A stretch of 42,754 nucleotides of DNA. It comes from a virus. Lineage: Duplodnaviria; Caudoviricetes. A program made the translations under genes and the position numbers. How positions within the stretch are numbered: the first letter of the stretch is position 1; the number at the start of each line of letters is the position of its first letter. This document shows, in pieces, positions 29,566 to 36,941 of this stretch. The DNA lies in IMG/VR virus record IMGVR_UViG_3300042291_000463, positions 1 through 42,754 of that record; one strand, 5' to 3'. The notes beneath the pieces are model-generated. The model worked only from the letters and a program-made list of their open reading frames with translations. It ran no database searches and had not been told where the DNA came from.

Positions 29566-29970
29566 ATGGGATTAACATACGAATGGAAACTAACAGGCCT
29601 TAAAAAGCAAAACGCTGACAATATCAGCGATGCGGTTGTTGGTACACAATGGAAACTAACCGGTACGGATGAAGATGGTAATTTTGGAACATTTAGTGGA
29701 GCAACTCCATTTAAAATTTCGGAAATTAACACAGGTAGTTTTACCGAATATAGTTCTTTGACAGAAGAGCAAGTACTTAGTTGGGTAAAAAATCACGTAA
29801 GTGGTGGTGCTGCAAGTAATTATATGGAGCATATCAATGGACAAATTCAAAAAGAAATAGCTAGTAAAAAATGGACTAAGCTTGAAGTTAATGAAGCAGA
29901 CTTGCCTTGGTCACCTATATCTGGTAGTACAGTAGCTCCTACTGTTAATGAACCAGCTCCGGTTGATTAA
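29566..29970 (+). CDS. Small tail-fibre-associated hypothetical protein
   Basis: 134 aa, YEWK...WKLTGTDEDG...F..YSSLTEEQVLSWV pattern, which I associate with genes next to phage fibre genes. Confidence 0.65.
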   Translation: MGLTYEWKLTGLKKQNADNISDAVVGTQWKLTGTDEDGNFGTFSGATPFKISEINTGSFTEYSSLTEEQVLSWVKNHVSGGAASNYMEHINGQIQKEIASKKWTKLEVNEADLPWSPISGSTVAPTVNEPAPVD

Positions 29971-29990
29971 TTTAATCGAAACTAAATTTT

Positions 29991-30043
29991 AAATATCCAA
30001 AGTGCAGATTTAATAATAAATTTGTGTTTTGGATATTTTCTTT
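29991..30043 (+). terminator. 22-bp hairpin, putative terminator or processing site
   Basis: AAATATCCAAAGTGCAGATTTA / ATAA loop / TAAATTTGTGTTTTGGATATTT pairs fully with four G-U wobbles, followed by a T-rich tract. Confidence 0.6.
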
Positions 30044-30052
30044 ATATTTATA
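30043..30052 (+). promoter_or_regulatory. TATATTTATA putative promoter motif upstream of tail sheath
   Basis: Directly follows the hairpin. Recurrent motif. Confidence 0.55.
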
Positions 30053-30111
30053 TGAGTATTAATGTAGGTAATAATTAATACACACTTAAAAATACAAATA
30101 GCACAAATAAA

Positions 30112-32436
30112 ATGGCAGAAAGAATCGTATCACCCGGTGTATTCACAAGAGAAAATGACCTTTCCTTCTTATCGCAAGGGGTAGGTGAAATTGGAGCAGC
30201 GTTTATAGGACCTTTTAAACAAGGACCGGCGTTTATCCCAACAATTGTTAGAACACAATCAGAATTCGAAGAAATTTTCGGAACACCTGATGGAACTTAT
30301 TATACTGAATATGCAGTACAAAATTATTTAAGAGAAGCTGGTAGTGCAACTATCGTAAGAGTAGGCGGAATTGGTGGTTACCAACAAGTAGCACCTTTAG
30401 CGATATTCGCATCGGGTTCATCCCTACAATCAGTAGGTACTAAATTAATTGGTTTATTGCATTCAACTAAAGCAGGTGATGAAGGAGTTGGTTTTACCGG
30501 AGCAACTGTTGTTAGCAATGATGCAACCGATGGTTCATTTGTAATCAACACATTAACTGCGGGAGTAAACGTATCAGCATCAATCCTACCATCAGCAACA
30601 AACGATTTATCCGATGTATTTGGTGAATCTCCATTTGGAGCAAAAACAGCATACGCATATTCATATTTTGAAAACGTAGCTGGATATTATACTGGTTCTG
30701 CTGGAAACAACATCGTAATAACTAGAGTGGTATTACCAACTCAGAATTTCGCAAACGATGCAACTGAAGCACAAACTCCAACCGTTAAATCTCAATTAAT
30801 TAGTGGTGAAAGATACGATTTATTTAACTTTGTAACTTTAGGACATGGTACATTATATAATACTAAATTCAAAATCGGTATTTCTAATGTAAAGGCAGCT
30901 GGTGAAGATGGTTCAACTGATTATTCTACGTTTACGGTAACAATACGTTCATTTAATGATACTGATAAGAGAAAGACTGTAGTTGAAACATTTAACAATG
31001 TAAATTTAGATGCAGCATCTCCTAACTATATAGCTAGAAGAATTGGTGATAGATATAATACAATCGACAATGCTGGTAAAATAACTGAAAATGGCGATTA
31101 TTCAAACAAATCAAAATATGTAAGAGTAGTTGTATCAACACCGGGTTCATTCCCAATTTCAGCAGCACCATTTGGACATGGAGCATATACAAACCCAATT
31201 AAAGCAACTGATAATGCAGAATCACTTTTAATACCTGCAGTAACATACCAAACTAATTCTATTGGCAACTCATCATCATCTCCAATTTATTATAGTGGAT
31301 TTGATTTTGAAACATCCGCTGTTAAATTGGATAATTTACAATATTTGAAACCAATACCGGCTTCAGCTGAAACTGGTTCAAACGTATCATTTGCATTTGA
31401 TTCTCAATTAGGATATCAAATGACAGGTTCTGCGGCAAGTGATATGGTTAAAAGACAATTTATATTAGCATTCCAAGAAGGATTTGATGGTATGAATCCA
31501 ACAATCATAAAAGCTAAAGCAGGTGATACTGATTGGGGTAATTCAAATACACAAGGATTCAATTGTGCAACATCATTAACTTCTGGTTCAATTGCATATA
31601 CAAAAGCAATCAACGCTGTATCAAACGCAGATGAGTGGGATATCAACTTAGTTGTAACTCCGGGTATCATCCGTTCTAAACACCCTGCTATTACTACAAA
31701 AGTAATAGATATGGTTGAAGATAGACAAGATTGTTTCTATATTGCTGATTTTGTAGATTACAATGCAACAATTACTGAAGCAACTGAAGAAGCAAACGCA
31801 GTAGATTCTAACTACGTTGGAACTTACTACCCTTGGGTTAAAACTGTTGACACTAACACTAACAAATTAACATCAGTTCCTCCATCAGTATTATTACCGG
31901 CAGTATTTGCTAGTAACGATAGATTGGCGGCTGAGTGGTTCGCACCAGCTGGTTTGAATAGAGGTGGTATCACTGGAGCAGTTAGTGTGTTGAATAGATT
32001 AACACATTCTGAAAGAGATACTCTATATGAGAACAAAGTAAATCCAATTGCGGCATTCCCAGGACAAGGTATTGTAGCATTCGGACAAAAAACATTGCAA
32101 GATAAGGCATCTGCTTTAGATAGAATCAATGTTAGAAGATTACTTATTACTCTTAAGAAGTTTATCGCATCTACATCTCGTTATTTAATATTCGAACAAA
32201 ATACATCTACAACTCGTCAAAGATTCTTAAACACTGTGAACCCTTACTTAGAGGCAGTTCAACAAAGACAAGGACTTTACGCATTCAGAGTTGTAATGGA
32301 CGAGAGTAACAACACACCGGACGTAATTGATAGAAACATATTAGCAGGACAAATTTTCTTACAACCAGCTAAGACGGCTGAATTCATAGTAATTGATTTC
32401 AACATCTTACCAACTGGAGCAAGTTTTAACGCATAA
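30112..32436 (+). CDS. Tail sheath protein (T4 gp18-like)
   Basis: N-terminal SPGVFTRENDLS..GAAFIGPFKQGP and C-terminal YYPWV...WFAPAGLNRG...NPI..FPGQG...GQKTLQ..SALDRINVRRL...PAKTAEFI. Confidence 0.97.
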   Translation: MAERIVSPGVFTRENDLSFLSQGVGEIGAAFIGPFKQGPAFIPTIVRTQSEFEEIFGTPDGTYYTEYAVQNYLREAGSATIVRVGGIGGYQQVAPLAIFASGSSLQSVGTKLIGLLHSTKAGDEGVGFTGATVVSNDATDGSFVINTLTAGVNVSASILPSATNDLSDVFGESPFGAKTAYAYSYFENVAGYYTGSAGNNIVITRVVLPTQNFANDATEAQTPTVKSQLISGERYDLFNFVTLGHGTLYNTKFKIGISNVKAAGEDGSTDYSTFTVTIRSFNDTDKRKTVVETFNNVNLDAASPNYIARRIGDRYNTIDNAGKITENGDYSNKSKYVRVVVSTPGSFPISAAPFGHGAYTNPIKATDNAESLLIPAVTYQTNSIGNSSSSPIYYSGFDFETSAVKLDNLQYLKPIPASAETGSNVSFAFDSQLGYQMTGSAASDMVKRQFILAFQEGFDGMNPTIIKAKAGDTDWGNSNTQGFNCATSLTSGSIAYTKAINAVSNADEWDINLVVTPGIIRSKHPAITTKVIDMVEDRQDCFYIADFVDYNATITEATEEANAVDSNYVGTYYPWVKTVDTNTNKLTSVPPSVLLPAVFASNDRLAAEWFAPAGLNRGGITGAVSVLNRLTHSERDTLYENKVNPIAAFPGQGIVAFGQKTLQDKASALDRINVRRLLITLKKFIASTSRYLIFEQNTSTTRQRFLNTVNPYLEAVQQRQGLYAFRVVMDESNNTPDVIDRNILAGQIFLQPAKTAEFIVIDFNILPTGASFNA

Positions 32437-32455
32437 TACGAAAATCAATAAAGTA

Positions 32456-32465
32456 GATATTTATT
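32456..32465 (+). promoter_or_regulatory. GATATTTATT variant of the promoter motif upstream of tail tube
   Basis: Intergenic, about 24 nt upstream of ATG 32489. Confidence 0.4.
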
Positions 32466-32488
32466 AATACAAATAAAAGGAATAAAAA

Positions 32489-32977
32489 ATGGCAGAAATA
32501 TTAGAGTTTGATAAGATGTTCTATACGAACTTCGAACCCAAAATGAAAAATAGATATGTGATGGAGATAGATACTATCCCTTCATATCTTGTAAAGGCAG
32601 CAAATAGACCTACAATTCAATTTGAAACCGTAACTTTAGACCATATCAACGTAAAGAGAAAGTTAAAAGGTAAAGGTGAGTGGCAAGATATCACTATCAC
32701 ACTTTATGACCCAATCGTTCCATCTGGAGCACAAGCGGTAATGGAGTGGATTCGTTTAGGACATGAATCAATCACTGGTAGAGATGGATACGCTGATTTC
32801 TATAAGAAAGATATTGATTTTTATCTATTAGGACCAGTTGGTGATAAGATTGAACAATGGAAATTGAAAGGTGCATTTATCTCTCAAGCAAACTTTGGAG
32901 ATTTATCATTTGATTCAAATGAAGTTGCAACAATCGAATTAACACTATCTTATGATTACGCAATCTTAGAATTCTAA
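32489..32977 (+). CDS. Tail tube protein (T4 gp19-like)
   Basis: 162 aa directly after the sheath gene, with W.DITITLYD, VMEW, YKKDI..LLGPVG..IEQW.LKGAF and LTLSYDYA motifs. Confidence 0.92.
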   Translation: MAEILEFDKMFYTNFEPKMKNRYVMEIDTIPSYLVKAANRPTIQFETVTLDHINVKRKLKGKGEWQDITITLYDPIVPSGAQAVMEWIRLGHESITGRDGYADFYKKDIDFYLLGPVGDKIEQWKLKGAFISQANFGDLSFDSNEVATIELTLSYDYAILEF

Positions 32978-32995
32978 TCTAAAAATAATAAAAAT

Positions 32996-33024
32996 AAGGG
33001 GATATCAAAAGTATCCCCTTTTTT
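32996..33024 (+). terminator. Rho-independent terminator
   Basis: AAGGGGATAT-CAAAA-GTATCCCCTT-TTTT downstream of the tail tube gene. Confidence 0.85.
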
Positions 33025-33049
33025 ATGCTTTCTAATTTTTTAATTTCTA

Positions 33050-33059
33050 TGTATTTATA
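33050..33059 (+). promoter_or_regulatory. TGTATTTATA variant of the promoter motif
   Basis: After the terminator, upstream of ATG 33084. Confidence 0.5.
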
Positions 33060-33083
33060 TATACAAACAAAATAAACATCGTT

Positions 33084-33893
33084 ATGGCAGAAATGACAAA
33101 TACATCTAAGGTGCAAATGCAAACAGCACCAAAACAAATTGATTTCCCAACGGAAGTTATTGAATTACCATCTCAAGGATTAGTATATCCTGAAGGACAT
33201 CCTTTAAGAAAGGGTACTTGTGAGATAAAATATATGACAGCACGAGAAGAAGATATCTTAGCTTCTCAAAACCTTATTAAAAAAGGTATTGTATTAGATA
33301 AACTATTTGAATCGGTTGTAGTTGAACCTGGTGTAAATACGAATGATATTTACCTTGGTGATAAGAATGCTATTTTATTAGCAACTCGTATTTTAGGATA
33401 TGGTGCGGATTACGAAGTGGAATTAACTGACCCATTTACATTAGAAACTCAAAAAGTAACTATTGATTTGGGTAAAGTACAAACGAAAGATATTGATACT
33501 GATGTATTGAGTTCTACAAATTCATATAAATTCACATTACCTTCAGATGGTAAAGAAATTGAATTTAAATTACTTACACACGGTGATGAGCAAGAAATAA
33601 CAAAAGAAACTCAGGCATTAGAAAAGTTAAATAAAAATTCACAATCTTCATTTGATGTGACAACTAGATTGAAATATATGATTAAATCGATTGATGGTAA
33701 TACTGATAGAGGATTTATAAATAGATGGGTTGTTAATGGGTTTTTAGCAAAAGATACTAAAGCGTTTAGAAAGTATGTTAAGGAAATTAGTCCTGATATG
33801 GATTTGACATTCCAATTTACATCACAAATAACTGGTGAATCGGAGGCGCTGGATATACCCTTCGGGATTAACTTTTTTTACCCTTCCAACTGA
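33084..33893 (+). CDS. Tail assembly chaperone / baseplate hub assembly protein (T4 gp26-like)
   Basis: IELPSQGLVY...IKYMTAREEDIL...GDKNAILLATRILGYG..Y and C-terminal IPFGINFFYP. Sits between tube and tape measure genes. Confidence 0.8.
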   Translation: MAEMTNTSKVQMQTAPKQIDFPTEVIELPSQGLVYPEGHPLRKGTCEIKYMTAREEDILASQNLIKKGIVLDKLFESVVVEPGVNTNDIYLGDKNAILLATRILGYGADYEVELTDPFTLETQKVTIDLGKVQTKDIDTDVLSSTNSYKFTLPSDGKEIEFKLLTHGDEQEITKETQALEKLNKNSQSSFDVTTRLKYMIKSIDGNTDRGFINRWVVNGFLAKDTKAFRKYVKEISPDMDLTFQFTSQITGESEALDIPFGINFFYPSN

Positions 33894-34083
33894 TTATAAA
33901 TCTCAACTTCATTCTCAAATTTGGGAAATGGTTCAATTTGGTAATGGATTCAATTGGTATGAGGTTTACCATATGCCTGTATATCTAAGAAGGTTTTATT
34001 TCAATAAATTAATAGAATTAAAGAAAAAAGAAGCCGAAGAGATGAAAAAAGCTCAAAGTAAATCTAAAGTGAGGATGCGTTAA
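33874..34083 (+). CDS. Probable +1 frameshift extension of the tail assembly chaperone (G/GT-like)
   Basis: The +1 frame is open across the T7 run at 33873-33879 and reads FFTLPTDYKSQLHSQIWEMVQFGNGFNWYEVYHMPVYLRRFYFNKL. The track's start is only a GTG inside the upstream gene. Confidence 0.65.
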   Translation, partial: FFTLPTDYKSQLHSQIWEMVQFGNGFNWYEVYHMPVYLRRFYFNKLIELKKKEAEEMKKAQSKSKVRMR

Positions 34084-34096
34084 TCCTCACTTTTTT
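34066..34096 (+). terminator. Rho-independent terminator
   Basis: AAAGTGAGGAT-GCGTTA-ATCCTCACTTT-TTT, overlapping the stop codon at 34081-34083. Confidence 0.8.
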
Positions 34097-34103
34097 ATTA
34101 TAC

Positions 34104-34113
34104 AATATTTATA
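34104..34113 (+). promoter_or_regulatory. AATATTTATA putative promoter motif
   Basis: After the terminator, about 20 nt upstream of ATG 34133. Confidence 0.55.
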
Positions 34114-34132
34114 CAATATAAATGGATAAACT

Positions 34133-34348
34133 ATGTCAAAAGAAAAACAACCAATAAAAGAAGGTCTATTCAGTTCGGCAAAAAAATTTACTGATGCATT
34201 TTTTGATGGATTGAAACAAAATGCAGTAAATAAAGCATTAGACCAAGCAAAACAAAATAAATTCCCACCCGATGTAATCGATGCCATGGAAAGAATTGAA
34301 AAAGAAAGTGATACTCTTAATAAATTAATACAAAAGTATTCAAAATAA
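34133..34348 (+). CDS. Small hypothetical helical protein
   Basis: 71 aa, fills the gap between the promoter motif and the tape measure gene. Confidence 0.65.
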   Translation: MSKEKQPIKEGLFSSAKKFTDAFFDGLKQNAVNKALDQAKQNKFPPDVIDAMERIEKESDTLNKLIQKYSK

Positions 34349-34356
34349 TTCCATAA

Positions 34357-36939
34357 ATGGCGGAAAATTTAGATAAAGAAAAACAAAAAGCTATATTAGC
34401 TTTTGCAAAAGCTAGACAGGAACAAAAGCGCCTTGAACAGGAAGCACTACAAACTGGTGTGGATATGACCGCTCAAATAAAGGCTCAAAGAGATTTGGCA
34501 GCTGAGCAACTTAAAGTAGTTAGAAAACTAAATCAAACTAGATTAGATGGATTAAAAAGTGCGGAAAGTTCACTAGGTAGTATGAGTGGCATATATCAAA
34601 ATCTAAATAAATTTGAAAAAGAAAGAATTAAAAATACATTTACTTCAAAAGATTTAACAATAGAGCAAACCGCTTCATTGAATAAAATGGCTGAAATTAA
34701 TAGAAGTATTTCTCAATTAACAATAGATGATATAGCCGGTCATGCTGCTTTAAATCAAGAATATAAAGAAATCCAAGCCAGCTTGGGTAATATGAGTGAA
34801 GAAGATAAAAAAATTATTGAAAATTTAAAAGAACAAAATACGCTCGCTAGAAATTATGGGAAAATGACAAAAGCCCAAAAGGATTTTTTAGGAAAGCAAA
34901 TAGCGGTATATGACGGTATAAAGGATACGATAGGTGGTATATTAGAAACTGCAAGCTTATTAACATCTAATTTTAAAGGAGCTTTGGGGGCTGCAATTAT
35001 TGGAGTTGGGTTTGGTTTGGATAAATGGGGTAAGAGTGTTAGAAGTTTTGGTGGATATGTAGATTCGGCACAAATATCAACATTTGCTTTAGGATTCGCA
35101 TTTAAAGATGCGGAAGAAACGGCAAAAGGATTATCTAAAGAATTTGGTGGATTAAAAGATGTATCATTTACTACTCAGTTGAATACCAATTTAATGGCAA
35201 CTAATATGGGTATTAGTGGTGCTGAAGCCGCTAACGTTGTTGGTAACTTTGCAAGAATGAACGATGGGTCTGCTTCAACTGCTATGGATATGGCAGCAAC
35301 CACAAAAGCATTGGGTAAAGCCGCTGGTGTTCCGATTGATTCTTTAATGAAAGATGTTGCTGGTTCAACAAAAGCATTTGCAGAATATGGTAAGAATGGT
35401 GGATTAAACATGTCCATTGCCGCAGTAGCAGCTGCTAAGATGGGTGTTAGTATGGATTCAATGGCCAAAGTAAGTGATAGTTTATTAGACTTCGAAACCT
35501 CTATTAATAATGAGATGGAATTGGGGGCTATGATGGGTAAGCAACTTAACTTAGATAGAGCAAGGGGATTGGCATATGAAGGAAATATGACTGGTGCTGT
35601 AAAAGAAACATTGAATCAACTAGGTGGTATAGATGCATTTAATAAAATGGATATTTTCCAAAAGAGAAAAGCGGCAGAACTATTGGGATTATCAGTTGAT
35701 GAGTTCCAAAAGATGGCAGCAAATTCTGATAAGATATCTGAGAATGGTGAAGCTAGTGTTTCCAAATGGAGTACTTTCTGGGAAGGAACTACAGCATTTG
35801 TAACTGGACCATTGGCTGGTATGGCTAAAACATTTGGTAGTAGTTTAATAGCAATGGGTCAGATGAGTCCTATGTTGAAAGATATGGGTATTAATATGGG
35901 TGGTATGGCCAAACAAGCGTTTGAATGGGTTAAAAATTTAATAAAAGGAAAGGCAATAGCGAAAGTAACCGATTCGGTATCTGGAAAAGCAACCGATGCG
36001 ATAAAAGATAAAGCTACCAGTGCTGTAAAAGATAAAATGGGTGGTATTGCACAGGATAAAATAAAAGGAGGAGCGACACCAGATCCAGATAAGGCTAATA
36101 AAATGGGAAAAATAAATGGACCGGCATTAATACAAGCCGCAGCCGCGATGTTAATTATGGCCGCGGCCCTTTGGGTATTTGCAAAAGCAGCACAAGAGTT
36201 TAGTGGTAAGATAGATTGGGGTAATGTATTTATTGGTATTGCAGCGATGGCCGCATTGGGCGGGGTAGCGGCATTATTAAGTTTAGCAGGACCAATGATA
36301 TTAGTTGGAGCCGCGGCATTATTAGTAGCATCGGCTGCATTCTATGTATTTGGACTTGCTTCACAACAAGTGGCAATTGGTATGAATATGTTGGGACCGG
36401 CATTGGGTATTTTTGCAGCAGGTATGGTTGCGTTTGCAGCTGCTCCATATATACAATTTGGAATCGGAATGGCAGCAGTAGCTGCATCTATGCTTGTATT
36501 GGGAGCCGCTTCACCATTTATGATATTGGCCGGTGCTGGGTTAAATTCGGTTGGTGGTGCATTAAACGCATTAGCACCAACAATACCAATGATTGTTGAA
36601 CAAATGGCGGCATTATCTCAAATTAGTTTTTTACCAATTTTAGGACTAGCCGGTTCATTGACAATGTTGGCGGGTGCATTAGCAATGGTGGCTATGGGGG
36701 GATTACTTGCACTTCCTATTTTAATGGCATTGAACGGGTTATCATTTTTAACCGGTGGTGGAGAAGGTGGTGGTGGAGGAAAGACGGATAGTACCGCAGA
36801 ATTAATTAGTGAAATAAAAGGATTGAGAGCGGATTTAAATGCTGGTAAAATATCCGTTCATATGGATGGACAAAAAGTTACATCAAAAATATCAGCTGTG
36901 GTTGCTAAAAGTAGTACAAATTCATACGCTAAACAATAA
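34357..36939 (+). CDS. Tape measure protein
   Basis: 860 aa, helical and Ala/Gly-rich, with an N-terminal coiled coil, an LLDFETSINNEMELGAMMGKQLNLDRAR segment and hydrophobic C-terminal repeats. Canonical position after the chaperone. Confidence 0.88.
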   Translation: MAENLDKEKQKAILAFAKARQEQKRLEQEALQTGVDMTAQIKAQRDLAAEQLKVVRKLNQTRLDGLKSAESSLGSMSGIYQNLNKFEKERIKNTFTSKDLTIEQTASLNKMAEINRSISQLTIDDIAGHAALNQEYKEIQASLGNMSEEDKKIIENLKEQNTLARNYGKMTKAQKDFLGKQIAVYDGIKDTIGGILETASLLTSNFKGALGAAIIGVGFGLDKWGKSVRSFGGYVDSAQISTFALGFAFKDAEETAKGLSKEFGGLKDVSFTTQLNTNLMATNMGISGAEAANVVGNFARMNDGSASTAMDMAATTKALGKAAGVPIDSLMKDVAGSTKAFAEYGKNGGLNMSIAAVAAAKMGVSMDSMAKVSDSLLDFETSINNEMELGAMMGKQLNLDRARGLAYEGNMTGAVKETLNQLGGIDAFNKMDIFQKRKAAELLGLSVDEFQKMAANSDKISENGEASVSKWSTFWEGTTAFVTGPLAGMAKTFGSSLIAMGQMSPMLKDMGINMGGMAKQAFEWVKNLIKGKAIAKVTDSVSGKATDAIKDKATSAVKDKMGGIAQDKIKGGATPDPDKANKMGKINGPALIQAAAAMLIMAAALWVFAKAAQEFSGKIDWGNVFIGIAAMAALGGVAALLSLAGPMILVGAAALLVASAAFYVFGLASQQVAIGMNMLGPALGIFAAGMVAFAAAPYIQFGIGMAAVAASMLVLGAASPFMILAGAGLNSVGGALNALAPTIPMIVEQMAALSQISFLPILGLAGSLTMLAGALAMVAMGGLLALPILMALNGLSFLTGGGEGGGGGKTDSTAELISEIKGLRADLNAGKISVHMDGQKVTSKISAVVAKSSTNSYAKQ

Positions 36940-36941
36940 AG

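Noticed and set aside
33835-33873. Independent GTG start for the 82-aa ORF
   Set aside because: It lies inside the chaperone gene without an A-rich leader. Frameshift entry at the T7 run explains the ORF better, though an independent start is not excluded.
20653-34113. T4-type late promoters (TATAAATA) on the minus strand
   Set aside because: TATTTATA is its reverse complement, but that orientation points away from every downstream gene. The consistent spacing to + strand starts favours a sense-strand motif.
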